DNA of 64,000 bases from Eledone cirrhosa (GCA_964016885.1 OZ024746.1:99634001-99698000); one strand, 5' to 3'; numbered from the stretch's first letter, positions 1-14,015 are shown. The notes: generated by a model from the letters alone, not told the origin. A program made the numbers and translations.

Positions 1-1805
1 ACTGTTGGGTGGGTGATTTCAACTGTTGGGTGGGCGACTTTAACTGTCGGGTGGGCGACTTTAACTGTCGGGTGGGCGATTTCAACTGTTGGGTGGGCGA
101 CTTTAACTGTTGGGTGGGTGATTTCAACTGTTGGGTGGGCGACTTTAACTGTTGGGTGGGCGACTTTAACTGTTGGGTGGGTGATTTCAACTGTTAGGTG
201 GGTGATTTTAACTGTTGGGTGGGTGATTTCAACTGTTGGGTGGGCGACTTTAACTGTTGGGTGGGTGATTTCAACTGTAGGGTGGGCGATTTCAACTGTT
301 GGGTGTGTGATTTCAACTGTTGGGTGGGCGACTTTAACTGTTGATGGGTGATTTCAACTGTTGGGCGGGTGATTTCAACTGTTGGGTGGGTGATTTTAAC
401 TGTTGGGTGGGTGATTTTAACTGTTGAGTGGGTGATTTTTTAGCTGTTGGGTGGGCGATTTCAACTGTTGGGTGGGCGACTTTAACAGTCGGGTGGGCGA
501 CTTTAACTGTCGGGTGGGCGATTTCAACTGTTGGGTGGGCGATTTCAAATGTTGGGTGGGCGACTTTAACTGTTGGGTGGGCGATTTCAACTGTTGGGTG
601 GGCGACTTTAACTGTTGGGTGGGTGATTTCAACTGTTGGGTGGGTGATTTCAACTGTGGGTGGGCGACTTTAACTGTTGGGAGGGTGATTTCAACTGTTG
701 GGTGGGCGACTTTAACTGTTGGGTGGGTGATTTCAACTGTTGGGTGGGCGATTTCAACTGTTGGGTGGGTGATTTCAACTGTAGGGTGGGTGATTTCAAC
801 TGTTGGGTGGGCAATTTCAACTGTTGGGTGGGTGATTTCAACTGTTGGGTGGGCGACTTTAACTGTTGGGAGGGCGATTTCAACTGTTGAGTGGGCGACT
901 TTAACTGTTGGTTGGGTGATTTCAACTGTTGGGTGGGCGATTTCAACTGTTGGGTGGGTGATTTCAACTGTTGGGTGGGTGATTTCAACTGTTGGGTGGG
1001 TGATTTCATCTGTTGGGTGGGTGATTTCAACTGTTGGGTGGGTGATTTCAACTGTTGGGTGGGCGATTTCAACTGTTGGGTGGGTGATTTCAGTTGTTGG
1101 GTGGGTGATTTCAACTGTTGGGTGGGTGATTTCAACTGTTGGGTGGGCGACTTTAACTGTTGGGAGGGCGATTTCAACTGTTGGGTGGGCGACTTTAACT
1201 GTTGGGTGGTTGATTTCAACTATTGGGTGGGTGATTTCAACTGTTGGGTGGGTGATTTCAACTGTTGGGTGGGCGACTTTAACTGTTGGGAGGGTGATTT
1301 TAACTGTTGGGTGGGCGATTTCAACTGTTGGGTGGGTGATTTCAACTGTTGGGTGGGTGATTTCAACTGTTGGGTGGGCGATTTCAACTATTGGGTGGGC
1401 GACTTTAACTGTTGGGTGGGTGATTTCAACTGTTGGGTGGGCGATTTCAACTGTTGGGTGGGCGACTTTAACTGTTGGGTGGGTGATTTCAACTGTTGGT
1501 GGGCGACTTTAACTGTTGGGTGGGCGATTTCAACTGTTGGGTGGGCGGTTTCAACTCTTGGGTGGGTGATTTCAACTGTTGGGTGGGCGATTTCAACTGT
1601 TGGGTGGGTGATTTCAACTGTTGGGTGGGTGATTTCAACTGTTGGGTGGGCGATTTCAACTGTTGGGTGGGCGATTTCAACTGTTGGGTGGGTGGTTTCA
1701 ACTGTTGGGTGAGTGATTTTAACTGTTGGATGGGTGATTTCAACTGTTGAGGGGGGGGGGGGATTCTAACTGTTGGGTGGGCGATTTCAACTGTTGGGTG
1801 GGTGA
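1..1805. repeat. 21-bp G-rich minisatellite (ACTGTTGGGTGGG[T/C]GA[T/C]TT[C/T]A)n, about 85 copies, runs off the window start
   Basis: Periodic 21-mer is directly visible. The ORFs here (GDFNCWV)n/(LKSPTQQ)n are 7-aa repeat artefacts. Confidence 0.97.
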
Positions 1806-2488
1806 TGAATACCAGAATAGAAATTAGTTGGCGATATAGGATTTTGAGTATTAAGATGCTACCCGAAAAAAATATTCAAAGGAGATATGCAAAGTACCTG
1901 TATATAAAAACAAAACAGGAGTCAAATGGGAATAACGAAACAAACTTCTGAACAACAGTTTTGAATATTTACTATAGATGTAGGTGCTGGAGCATGTCTC
2001 CATGTGAAAATGGAGAACGACACAGGTTGTTTTGTTTAACCCCTGATCGAAACAGAGATTCACTAGTTTTCCATTTGTGTAAAAGGAGGGCAAATATTGC
2101 ATAGGAGATGAGACTGTTGAAAAGGTAACATTCCACACACATACACATCCAAAGATACACACACAAACAAACAGACACACACACACATACAGATACATAC
2201 ACACACATACACATCGAAAGATACGCACACATACATACACACGCATGCCCCCCCCCCCTTCACACACACACACTCACATACAAACACAAACACAGACACA
2301 TACATACATGGGAGTGGGGTGGAGGTACATGTGATAAAAAGTAACAGAGTATATTCATTAATTTCGAAGTTCAATATTCTCTCTTTTGTTAAAACGAATT
2401 TCCCGCCTTTATCATTTCATTTCATGCGATAAGAGAAAGAATATATTAAGTTTACGAATCGCAATCATTAGTCTTTCCGCGATGTATT

Positions 2489-2840
2489 GGCAGCAGATTG
2501 GCAGTATCGGTAGAGCGTCAGACACCGTGCTTTGCGGCATAGAGTTATGGCCCTTTACGTTCTGAGTTCAAATCCCGCCGAGGTTAGCTTTGCCTTTCAT
2601 CCTTACAGGGTCAATAAAATAAAGCGCCAGTTATACACTGGGGTAATTGCTGGCCTTGTGCCCAAAATAGAAACAATTATAGACTGTTATTTCAGCATAG
2701 AGTTACGGCTTTTTATGATCTGTTTCCAAATCCCACCGAGGTTAACTTTGCCTTTCATCCTTACGGAGTCGATAAAATAAAGTACCAGTAATGTACTGGT
2801 AGTAATTGCTGGCCTTGTGCCAAAAGTAGAAACAATTATT
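2489..2840 (+). mobile_element. tRNA-headed SINE (family A), full copy plus a tandem 5'-truncated copy
   Basis: A-box-like TGGCAGTATCGGT, B-box GAGTTCAAATCC, body TTGCCTTTCATCC...ATAAAATAAAG.ACCAGT, tail GGCCTTGTGCC-AAAA-TAGAAACAATT. Many homologous copies occur in the window. Confidence 0.85.
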
Positions 2841-3324
2841 CCTCCAGCGATGTATTGTTCAGTAAAAGCATGAATTATAATAATTATATTTCCATAATTC
2901 TTTATTCTGTTTCTGGCTTCTGTCATTACACTGCGCCCACGCAGTGCCACAGCCTTCACGCGTATTTTCAGCTCTCATAATGAACCCATTATCTATTTTA
3001 TCAATCTTTACTTATCCAATAGCTAAGTCATCTTGTTGCGTAAATGAAGGCAATTTGACGCACCATATTCCCTCTACCAAATTCCTCTCCCACGTTAATC
3101 CGAGACTACAGTGAAAGACCATATGTATATAAGCGTGTGTGATTATAGCAACGAAATGTATATACCAGAAATTAAGACAGTGTAAGTGTGGGAATATGGT
3201 GGTGGATTCTCACGAACGACAAGTGAGGGTTCAGTAATATATTGAACTACCTGCACTTGACTTGTTTATAGTGGTCATTGTTTGTGCAGCACAATGCTCA
3301 CTCTCTCCAGCAAGATATCATTTA

Positions 3325-4374
3325 AATGTGTGGGTGCACGGTGTGCCACATGCCAGATGTGGGTGCAGGGTGTGCCACATGCCAGATGAGGGTGCACGGT
3401 GTACCACATGCCAGATGTGGGTGCAGGGTGTGCCACATGCCAGATGAGGGTGCAGGGTGTGCCACATGCCAGATGTGGGTGCACGGTGTGCCACATGCCA
3501 GATGAGGGTGCACGGTGTACCACATGCCAGATGAGGGTGCACGGTGTGCCACATGCCAGATGAGGGTGCAGGGTGTGCCACATGCCAGATGAGGGTGCAC
3601 GGTGTACCACATGCCAGATGAGGGTGCACAGTGTGCCACATGCCAGATGTGGGTGCACGGTGTGCCACATGCCAGATGTGGGTGCACGGTGTACCACATG
3701 CCAGATGAGGGTGCACGGTGTGCCACATGCCAGATGAGGGTGCAGGGTGTGCCACATGCCAGATGAGGGTGCACGGTGTACCACATGCCAGATGAGGGTG
3801 CACGGTGTGCCACATGCCAGATGTGGGTGCACGGTGTGCCACATGCCAGATGTGGGTGCACGGTGTACCACATGCCAGATGAGGGTGCACGGTGTGCCAC
3901 ATGCCAGATGAGGGTGCAGGGTGTGCCACATGCCAGATGAGGGTGCACGGTGTACCACATGCCAGATGAGGGTGCACGGTGTGCCACATGCCAGATGAGG
4001 GTGCACGGTGTGCCACATGCCAGATGTGGGTGCACGGTGTACCACATGCCAGATGAGGGTGCACGGTGTGCCACATGCCAGATGTGGGTGCACGGTGTAC
4101 CACATGCCAGATGAGGGTGCACGGTGTACCACATGCCAGATGAGGGTGCACGGTGTGCCACATGCCAGATGTGGGTGCACGGTGTACCACATGCCAGATG
4201 AGGGTGCACGGTGTGCCACATGCCAGATGTGGGTGCACGGTGTGCCACATGCCAGATGTGGGTGCACGGTGTACCACATGCCAGATGTGGGTGCACGGTG
4301 TACCACATGCCAGATGAGGGTGCACGGTGTACCACATGCCAGATGAGGGTGCACGGTGTGCCACATGCCAGATG
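3325..4374. repeat. 29-bp minisatellite (GGGTGCACGGTGTGCCACATGCCAGATG[A/T])n, about 36 copies
   Basis: Directly visible period. The three stop-free minus frames are artefacts. Confidence 0.97.
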
Positions 4375-4404
4375 ATCAAATGATCGCAAGTTTTGGGTCT
4401 TTTT

Positions 4405-4585
4405 TTTTATGGCCGTTGACTCTACTGAGTTACTTCACCCTTTGTCTGGTTTTGTTATTCATCTCTCAGGGTGCCCAAACATCATCTCCCCATCCAGCTA
4501 GCTTGGTGGGGTTGTCAGTTTAAGTCGTTCATCACCCGACCATGCAGCAGGTTGTACTAGGTTACCAGTAACGCTCAAGGCTGAC
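4405..4585 (-). mobile_element. Diverged copy of the RTE 5'-UTR unit (homologous to 39036-39220)
   Basis: GGCCGTTGACTCT...CAGGGTG.CCAAA...CAGGTTGTACTAGGTTAC matches 40250-40420 and is the reverse complement of 39040-39215. Confidence 0.6.
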
Positions 4586-4872
4586 GCATTGAGAAGGCTA
4601 TTCCAACTCGACGGGTTCACTCTTGCGGGATGCCAACTCTCCTCCGATAGCAATAATTTGGAGACCAAGGAGGCTGGAAGTTTCCGCTATTATAGGTCCA
4701 AACAAACCTATTTATATGTTCCTCAAACACTCTGTTTGAGTGCTCTGCCCTTACGACCATCTCAGGAATAAGTTGGTGAAGAAGAAAATATATGCATACA
4801 TATATATTTATGTATACATACATACAAACATACACACATACATATACACACATGCACACACATCTATCTATA

Positions 4873-5100
<228 letters not shown>

Positions 5101-5292
5101 AATATATATACTCTGCTATGTATTGAGTACCTTACTTACTGTGGTTACCTCCGGTTGAACCGAGGATAAACTTATATATAAATATAGAGAAAGAGAGAAA
5201 GAGAGGAGGCGAGTGAGGGAAAGGAGTAGACAGATTGATAGATATTCTAAATATGTATGTGCGTTTATGTATGTGCGTTTATATATATGCGA

Positions 5293-5325
<33 letters not shown>

Positions 5326-5893
5326 TATGTATATATATGTATTTGTACATTTTCGTATGCTTGCATGTATGTTTGTACACTGTTAGATGATGTAAAGGAA
5401 TGTCGCTAAGAACATGTGACTGACAAACTGAAAAAAAATGTCATTATAGTTCAAACTGTCTTAAGAAACTGTAATGAATTGACTTTAATTTGTCTGTACT
5501 TAACGAAAGTTACTAACTAACAATGAGACAAACAACTGAGATTTGACCGCGAGGTGAAATTGCGGCTATGTTTAACTGAAGGACTCTACAGAGTCCATTA
5601 CTTTGAAGGAAACTAATGTTATTCACTTAAAATTCAAATGACATCTGTCAGGATGTTTTGTTGTCAAATGTAGTTATTATCTAAAAAAAAATATTACAAA
5701 TAAATAAGTAAACTAATAAATAAATAAATAAATGAAATTAGTAAATGATTTAAAACAAAACGTACAAAAAATAAAAAATAAACGAAAATAAATGTTTATA
5801 TGAAAATAAAGTTTATATGAATATAAAGTTAGAATTGGTATGCAATTGGTATTTAAATAAAAATTGGTTTGATCTGAAGAGAATTTATAAAAA

Positions 5894-6592
5894 ATCTAAG
5901 CTTCTATCATAGAGGACTGATGCAGGATATTTATCTAAGCTTCTATCATAGAGGACTGATGCAGGATATTTATCTAAGCTTCTATCATAGAGGACTGATG
6001 CAGGATATTTATCTAAGCTTCTATCATAGAGGACTGGTGCAGGATATTTATCTAAGCTTCTATCATAGAGGACTGGTGCAGGATATTTATCTAAGCTTCT
6101 ATCATAGAGGACTGGTGCAGGATATTTATCTAAGCTTCTATCATAGAGGACTGGTGCAGGATATTTATCTAAGCTTCTATCATAGAGGACTGGTGCAGGA
6201 TATTTATCTAAGCTTCTATCATAGAGGACTGGTGCAGGATATTTATCTAAGCTTCTATCATAGAGGACTGGTGCAGGATATTTATCTAAGCTTCTATCAT
6301 AGAGGACTGGTGCAGGATATTTATCTAAGCTTCTATCATAGAGGACTGGTGCAGGATATTTATCTAAGCTTCTATCATAGAGGACTGGTGCAGGATATTT
6401 ATCTAAGCTTCTATCATAGAGGACTGGTGCAGGATATTTATCTAAGCTTCTATCATAGAGGACTGGTGCAGGATATTTATCTAAGCTTCTATCATAGAGG
6501 ACTGGTGCAGGATATTTATCTAAGCTTCTATCATAGAGGACTGGTGCAGGATATTTATCTAAGCTTCTATCATAGAGGACTGGTGCAGGATA
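5894..6592. repeat. 39-bp minisatellite (ATCTAAGCTTCTATCATAGAGGACTG[G/A]TGCAGGATATTT)n, about 18 near-identical copies
   Basis: Directly visible. The 227-aa ORF is a 13-aa repeat artefact. Confidence 0.97.
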
Positions 6593-6947
6593 GTTTGTTG
6601 TGAACTACATCTTTTAGTCTGTAAACATTTTCTTTCGCTATTGCACAGGATCTGTATTTGTAATGTTGAGTGTATATGATTATGTGTGTATTTTCATCTA
6701 CATATACGTGTGTATATTCACGTGTGTATATTCACGTATGTATATGTATGTTGGTGTCTCTGTTTCAGTTTACTAAAGTAAACCTATGTCCAGTTGGGTC
6801 AATTTATTTCAAAACTGTAACTTAGTGGGTCGTTAAATAGATGACGATAAAATATGTAACAGAGTAAAAGAAGTTAATACGATGGGGATAAGCCGGCGCC
6901 CTTGTGTAGTCATGATTCAATGATGGAAACCAGTAAAATAAAATAAG

Positions 6948-7215
6948 ATTAACCCTAACCTTAACCTTAACCCTAACCCTAATCTTCACCTTAACCATAA
7001 ACACAACCTTGGTCCTAACACTAACACTAATCCTAACCCTAAACTTAGCCCTGACCTTAATCTTAACCCTAACCTTAGCCCTAACTCTAATCTTAGCCCT
7101 AACTTTAACCCCAAGCATAACCTTAACCTTAACACTAACCCTAGCTTTAACCCTAAACCTAAGCTTAGCACTAAACCTAACCTTGACCCTAACCTTAACC
7201 CCAACCTTAACTCTA
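6948..7215. repeat. Degenerate interstitial telomere-like (CCCTAA/CCTTAA)n tract
   Basis: Hexamer periodicity TAACCC/TAACCT with many substitutions. Confidence 0.8.
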
Positions 7216-7379
7216 TTTTAAGTATTTCTTTGTTTCAATACTGGGGAAAAAACGAGATAAATTCACCATGGCGTAGTTTAAACATGGAATTATATGGCAT
7301 TAAACTATTTACAGTAAAGTATCAACAAACATAGTGTTCTGATACATAGATCATCTTTAAAGGTGGTTTATATGGAGAA

Positions 7380-8062
7380 TATATATGGATACAGGCTATG
7401 GAGATGAGACGCTTCAGAAAACTCCTTGGCATCATCTACAGAGACCCCATCTCCAATAAGGAGGTGCGAGACAGAATTTGGCAAGTCATCGGGCCCTAGA
7501 AATACCTATTGACCATTGTAAAGAAACGCAAGTTAAGATGCTACGGGCGCATGATAAGATCTATAGGGCGAAGGCTGGAATGGGCAGGAATGAGGCTCGG
7601 TGAAACCATGAGAAGGGCAGAGGCGAGAGGAATAGAAGAGGCTGGTTACCAGGTTATCTGTGGTGCCCCAAATGGTCCTCTAGACTACAGAACATGAGGA
7701 ATGGAAGGAGATGGTTGGCAGAGCATCTGTGGTGCCCCAAATGGTCCTCTAGAATATGGGACAGTGAGAGGAATGGAAGGAGATGGTTGGCAGAGCACCC
7801 GTGGTGCCCCAAATGGTCCTCTAGACTATGGGACAGTGAGAGGAATGGAAGGAGATGGTTGGCAGAGCACCCGTGGTGCCCCAAATGGTCCTCTAGACTA
7901 TGGGACAGTGAGAGGAATGGAAGGAGATGGTTGGCAGAGCATCTGTGGTGCCCCATCGGTCAACCAGAGAGACATGAGAGAAATGGAAGGAGCTGGTTAC
8001 CGGGTCATCCGTGGTGACACAACGGTCCACCAGACTACCTGACAGCTAAGATAAGGTAAAGG
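7380..8062 (+). mobile_element. RTE-like LINE 3' fragment with its terminal 72-bp segment tandemly amplified about 5 times
   Basis: Translation IQAMEMRRFRKLLGIIYRDPISNKEVR...LLTIVKKRKLRCYG is typical of the RTE ORF C-terminus. It is followed by 72-bp units (ATCTGTGGTGCCCCAAATGGTCCTCTAGACTA...). Confidence 0.7.
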
Positions 8063-8844
8063 AGATATATAGAGAAGTGGTAAAGCACTGGATTAAACAT
8101 TTTGAAGTACATATTTAATGCCGTTTATTCTTATTGCCACACATTTGCTCTGATCTAGAAAACCTATGACGAAATTTTGTGTTTTTATGAGGCAGAACAT
8201 TCGCCGGATCACGTAAACAAATACGTCTATTTATTATATAATGCATGATTTTAGGCGCATTTGGCTGCTATTACTGGCACATTTGGCTGCCATTTCTAGC
8301 ATATTTAGTGGTTGCATAGAAGATCACCTCATTGGTTCATTTCTTTTTGAGTGTTTTTGCCTGTAGTGTTTTCTGGGGTTTTCTGGGAAATCTTTAGCCC
8401 TTATTCTTCAGTGATTATCACTTGATAACGATGAATATGTCACATATGTTTATCTTTCCTTAACCAGCCAGACGTTTGTATCAAGATGTTGCCTATAATA
8501 TTTAATAAACGAATGTAACTAGTCTGAAACCTTGCGGCAAAATCTCATTAAACTGGTGTCAGTTGCTAGTATTTTATTCTCAGTCGCCATGAACCCGATG
8601 AATTTTTGTTAGTTTTTTTCCTGTTTTGAATACTTATTTAGAATTGTGATTTAAAAAGACCAATGTTTTTGTTCAACATTATCTAGCAATAGGGTTTTGG
8701 TAATATGTTGTTGTTTTTATTTTGTTGTTCTTATTGTAATTTACCAAATTCTTAAGTAAAAACCTGGAAACTTCTTGAATTAATTTTTAAGCAAACAGTT
8801 TAGAATCAACCGTACAAAAATAATAATGTGGTTGACAATGTCAT

Positions 8845-9125
8845 CAGTAGCGTGCAGACATGTGTGTGTGTGGAGGGGGGGGGCGGTGCGTTGGCCCCGG
8901 GCATCCTTTGGGTGGGGGTCATCATTTGGGGGAAAGAACTTAATAAATTTGATTGATTTATATTAAAATCGAATAAAGCGTTTATTTCTTGTTTCTGTGT
9001 TTATATATTCAAAATGATTTCCTTTCTCATAATATTTCTCAGTATATTTAAGTTCTTATACTTGAGTCTTTGGGGCATACACTCAAGATTTGCCTCGGGC
9101 ATCATCAGAGCTCTGCATGCCGCTG
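8845..9125. mobile_element. hAT-type MITE
   Basis: Imperfect TIRs CAGTAGCGTGCAGA / TCTGCATGCCGCTG, subterminal GCCCCGGGC motifs, and a degenerate 8-bp TSD aatgtcat/aatattat. Confidence 0.55.
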
Positions 9126-9199
9126 AATATTATTGTAGTTATATATGCCCTAAATCACCGCTCATCAAGCAGAAAAAGTGAAAGGAAAAGAGCCAAAAG

Positions 9200-9445
9200 T
9201 AGAAACAATTATATTAAATATCAAATGATACATATTATATATAAATACAGTAAAATGAAAAATATATATTTATTTATACATAGTATATATTATATTATTT
9301 ATTATATATAAATTAACGATTTAATCTATTATATATTATTTACAATTTGTGTGTAGGTAGGTCGCTCTGGAAATAGGGTTGGGGCGTTGAGGGTATTACG
9401 TGACCCAAGGATGGAGGTGACCCAAAAGGTTTGACAACCCTTGGT
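9200..9445. mobile_element. Partial copy of the hAT MITE family seen at 30072-30611
   Basis: Shared ATCAAATGATAC...TTTACAATTTG...CTCTGGAAATAGGGTTGGGG...AAGGTTTGACAACCCTTG. Confidence 0.6.
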
Positions 9446-9585
9446 CTACACCATTGATGTTGCTTTCGCTAAAGCTCTGAACGTTTACTCAAAACTGGAG
9501 TGTACATGCGTGGTAAAGACTTCCGATTGATCAAAAGTCTAATGCATTCAGAGAAAAAAAAAAAAAAAAGTAAGAGATGAATTGA

Positions 9586-9639
<54 letters not shown>

Positions 9640-9765
9640 TCATCTAACACTGTCAATGTGAACGTCTAAAACGTGATATGGTGGTAAATTATCAATTTAT
9701 ATATATACATATGTGTGTATATATATGTATATATATATATGTGTATATATATATATATGTATATA

Positions 9766-9898
<133 letters not shown>

Positions 9899-10469
9899 AT
9901 ATATATGTATATATGTGTGTATATATATGTGTATATATACATATAAATATATATGTGTGTGTGTGTATGTGTGTATTTATATTGAACCATTAAAAAGTAT
10001 TTGAACCACTCTCCGCTGCTTCTATACCCACCAATTATTCCCTCTTCCTATTTTCCTATCACTAGAAGCACAATTATCAAATTATCCTTGTCTGACATTA
10101 ACTTTCAGTTCAGCCACCCTCCTTCTCTATAAAGACTCACTTCTAGTATTGTAATCTCCACTAGATTCAGTGAATCATACTGCCTGAAGCACTGCAGCCA
10201 TGTCACTGGTATCCCTATTAAAAAACTATTCCTTTCTTACATGACTCTTCTCCAAAGTGAAGTTCGTAGATACATAAAACCACATTCAAACACCAGATGC
10301 CACTCTAACATCTGGATTTGAAGGGTGACAGATTAGTGTTTTAGAAGAGTCGGAAATAAAGTTTAGTTTAGAATTTTGCAGTTTTATCCGTGGGGCGTGG
10401 CCAAAATACCACCGAGCCCAGAGCCCATCACCCACTCCATATTTCTCTACCTTTCTTCTGTGTTGTTGA

Positions 10470-10690
10470 GACAAACAAATACCGGGGCTTCGTACCGGTC
10501 ACTGTCGAGACCTCAGGTATCGTCGTTGACTTCCTACTGCCGAGCTCCCCCGTAAAATCGGAACATTAACAGCCCACCTGAGGAAGGAGCCCACAAGATG
10601 GGATGGCTGTTGCAGCGGGTGTTGCTGGCCATTGTCCGTAGAAATACCTTTGCAGTTTTGTCCGTAGCCGAAACACCACCTCTTCCTTTG
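10470..10690 (+). pseudogene. C-terminal relic of an RLE-type (CRE/NeSL-like) non-LTR retrotransposon
   Basis: Frameshifted translation FVPVTVETSGIV...GWLLQRVLLAIVRRNTFAVL resembles the F-P-A-ET-G ... FQR-S-A-RGNA end of CRE-like RLE domains. Confidence 0.5.
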
Positions 10691-11644
10691 CACAGAACCC
10701 ATCACTTTCTCCTCTTCCGACTCTCTTTCTTCTCTACCCCAAGAGTCCTTGCTTTTTCTCTCCTTTTCCTTTCATTTATGGCATTTTATAGTCCTTTCCT
10801 CTACTTCCCCTTAGAGCCAGATCTGTCCTTCTTTACCCCTTCACCTTTTTTCTCATTACTTGATTTTGTTTTTTGTCTTTTTCATATTTATTTAATTATC
10901 AATGGTTTGTAAGCCAACTGAATGTAACAAAGTACCATTAGAATATAACCAATAAGTTACCTTAAACAACAAAGTGATTTGCCCAAATGCTTCAACTAAA
11001 GAAACAAAAGAGATTTGTACTGTACCAAAACAAGATCAAATATGTCGGAATCTGTTTACTAATCTATTTGGATAAAATATTCTATCCCAGATTATGAACA
11101 CATTTTACTGCGAAGTATTTTATGAAATGTAAGATTCCTACTTATGTGCAACATTTCAGGGAAAATCACAATCTCACCCACCACCTGGCGGCCTTCAAAT
11201 ATATAAATTAAATAGTCTTACTCCTCTTCACCACCTGTGACCTTGAATTATTGAACTTTTATATAATTATACTGTAGTCACATTTACATAGTGATTTGTT
11301 TCCATCACAACTTCGGTATATGTTTAAAGCTATTTAATGTGACCAGAACAACACCCGAACATTTTCAGAGCAGCTACCCTGCCATTCACTAATAACTTTT
11401 CTTCTCTATATATACGTAAATAAGACCGTTATTGTTCCAATCAGTCAACTAACCCTCAGTAAATACCCTAAACCGAACGCCAACCTGTACCCATCACTCA
11501 TGCCAAAACAAACCACCCAAATTCGACAAATCAAACGCGGTCCACCCATTCTCACAAACACGGCTTACGTAACCAGACCTCACCAGCCCCCTACTGAGGA
11601 AGACAGTCGTTCTCAAGCTTCAGCTGTCATCTTACGTAGTTTCT

Positions 11645-12055
11645 ATTTAATGGTTCATGATTTAGGAACAAGGCCAACAATTATGGGGGAAAGTAAAGTC
11701 GATTAAATCGACCCCAGTACGTTACTGGTACTTTATTTTATCGACCCCGTATGCGGTGGATTGGCAGTATCGGTAGAGAGTCGGACTACATGATTTGCAG
11801 CATAAAGTTACGGTCCTTTACGGTCTGAGTTCAAATCCCACCTCTGCCTTTCATCCTTACGTGGTCGATAAAATAAAGTACCAGTAACGTACCGGGGTCG
11901 GTTTAATCGACCCCCCCCCCCTTTAAACAATTACAGGATTTGTGCCTATACTAGAAATCATTTTATCGACCCGGTAAGGATGGAAGGTAAATTTAACCAC
12001 GGCGGGATTTGAACTCAGAACGGACACGGAAGTAACTCTATGCCGTGAAGCTAAT
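11645..12055 (-). mobile_element. SINE A (minus) interrupted by a nested SINE A (plus, about 11753-11960)
   Basis: Duplicated target ATTTTATCGACCC[C/G]GTA flanks the inner copy. Confidence 0.75.
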
Positions 12056-12630
12056 CCATCTCTCTCCCACCCTTGGATAATAGAACCAAAGTTATGTATT
12101 TCTAATTAGTATTTTAATAATCCACGCATTAAATATTAAATATTTCAAAATGTCTTCATCTCACACACTTCCTTTCATGTATGTGACTTCCATAAAAATA
12201 TAACCTAGAAATCCACTACGAAGATGATATTCTTGAGTAAACACATAAACATAAATATGTAGGTGATTCTCAAAGACGTTAATGGTTCACATTAAATAAA
12301 AAGTGGCTTCAAACACAGAACAAAAATGGATCTCTACTATGTCTTGTATTTGCGTCTTACTTTATAGTTATCTCCATATGTACTAAAAACATATAATATA
12401 ATTCTTCGCAGTTTTTCTGTATAGTCAAGCTAGAAGAATCTTATTACCTATAATGATTCCGATAGTACTATCATATAAATAACCTTACCAAACCAACTTT
12501 CTATTTTTATCCACAGGAAATTATTTCTGTTATTATTTTCCTTTCTTACATAACGAGCAAATATTTAAAAGCATCTTTGTTTACAGCAGGGAATGGCAGA
12601 TATTAGAAAGTGATGCTTCTTCGTATATTG

Positions 12631-12784
12631 GTAACAACAGCAGCAACATCAACAGCAGCAGCAACAAGAACATCAACAACAGCAACAACAGCAACAACAA
12701 CAATAGCAACAACAACAACAACAATAGAAACAACAACAACAACACGAGCAACAACAACAAAAACAGAAGCAACAGCAACAACAA

Positions 12785-12816
<32 letters not shown>

Positions 12817-13097
12817 ACAATAACAACAACAGCAGCAGTAGTAGCAACAATAACAACAGCAGCAGCAGTAGTAGCAACAATAACAACAGCAGCAGCATTA
12901 GTAGCAGCAATAACAACAGCAGCAACAGTAGTAGCAACAATAACAACAGCAGCAGCATTAGTAGCAGCAATAACAACAGCAGCAGCAGTAGTAGCAACAA
13001 TAACAACAGCAGCAGCAGTAGTAGCAGCAATAACAACAGCAGCAGCAGTAGTAGCAGCAATAACAACAGCAGCAGCAGTAGTAGCAGCAATAACAAT
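12631..13097. repeat. Compound (CAA/CAG/TAG) trinucleotide repeat with a 30-bp higher-order unit
   Basis: Directly visible. Poly-L/A/T ORFs are artefacts. Confidence 0.9.
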
Positions 13098-13390
13098 TGT
13101 AACAATTTCCAGCAAGAGTATATAATATGTCGCTGAAATTTAAGACAACTTTTTTTTAAAAAAACGATAGTTTTTTCAGCGAGATTCTTCAGACGAATGA
13201 ATATAAAATACACATATAATAGGGTTTTTTTTTTATTTTCCCCTAGCTGGTGGTTGACTCCCCTAGGCTGGGGGTGGACTGGATTTTGACAGCTTAATCT
13301 GCATATTTTGTCAACCAATGTCGGGAACATGCCAGTTTAATATTAGTCTGGTGGAGCAAACTTAAACTGCAATTAACATATGTAGAAATA

Positions 13391-14015
13391 ATGGTTTGTG
13401 ATTTAGGAACAAGGCCAACAATTTTTGGTGAGGGGCATGTCGATTAAATCGACCCCAGTGCGTTACTGGTACTTTATTTTATCGACCCCTTAAGGATAAA
13501 AGGCAAAGCTAACCTCAGCGGGATTTGAACTCAGAACGTAAAGGGATGTAACTATATTCCGCAAAGCAAGTAGTCCGACGCTCCACCGATCCTGCCAATC
13601 CACCGAAGTGTTTCGATGACAGTACTATGCAAGATTGGCTGCAATGACATTTTATTTTATTTTTTGTTCATATAAAAGACCCTACTTACAGCTTGCTGAA
13701 TACCAGGGTCAGCTGAAAAGTTGATAGGCTGAATAAGATACTCTCATGAAATAACCATATGTGGTTTGTTTCTCAACATAGTCCCTAATGAAGTTATTAA
13801 CAAGAAGAGTTGAAATTAATGCATGCCAGATTTCACATTGAGCACAAGGCCAGTAATTATCCCAGAGCATTACTGGTGCTTTATTTTATCGACCCCTTAA
13901 GGATGAAAGGCAAAGCTAACCTGGGCGGGATTTAAACTCAGAACGTAAAGGGACGTAACTAAATACTGCAAATCATTTTATCCGACACTCTACCGATTCT
14001 GCCAACCCACCGCCC
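13391..14015 (-). mobile_element. Two SINE A copies (13391-13605, 13830-14015) around a spacer carrying a mariner-like terminal fragment (about 13701-13785)
   Basis: Reverse-complement SINE motifs. The whole block is flanked by the direct repeat ATATGTAGAAATAAT. Confidence 0.75.

Noticed and set aside
2489-2600. tRNA genes at SINE heads
   Set aside because: A and B boxes are present but there is no cloverleaf, and they continue into the SINE body and tail.
3275-4389. Three overlapping His/Cys-rich ORFs of about 355 aa
   Set aside because: A 29-bp unit without stops cycles through all frames, so this is a repeat artefact.
5894-6592. CRISPR-like regular repeats (also the 21-, 29- and 60-bp arrays)
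   Set aside because: Units are contiguous with no unique spacers, there are no cas genes, and the context is eukaryotic.
6948-7215. True telomere or chromosome end
   Set aside because: The tract is short, degenerate and interstitial.
12581-13330. Poly-Leu and mucin- or antifreeze-like Ala/Thr ORFs
   Set aside because: These are translations of a trinucleotide repeat with no flanking coding signal.
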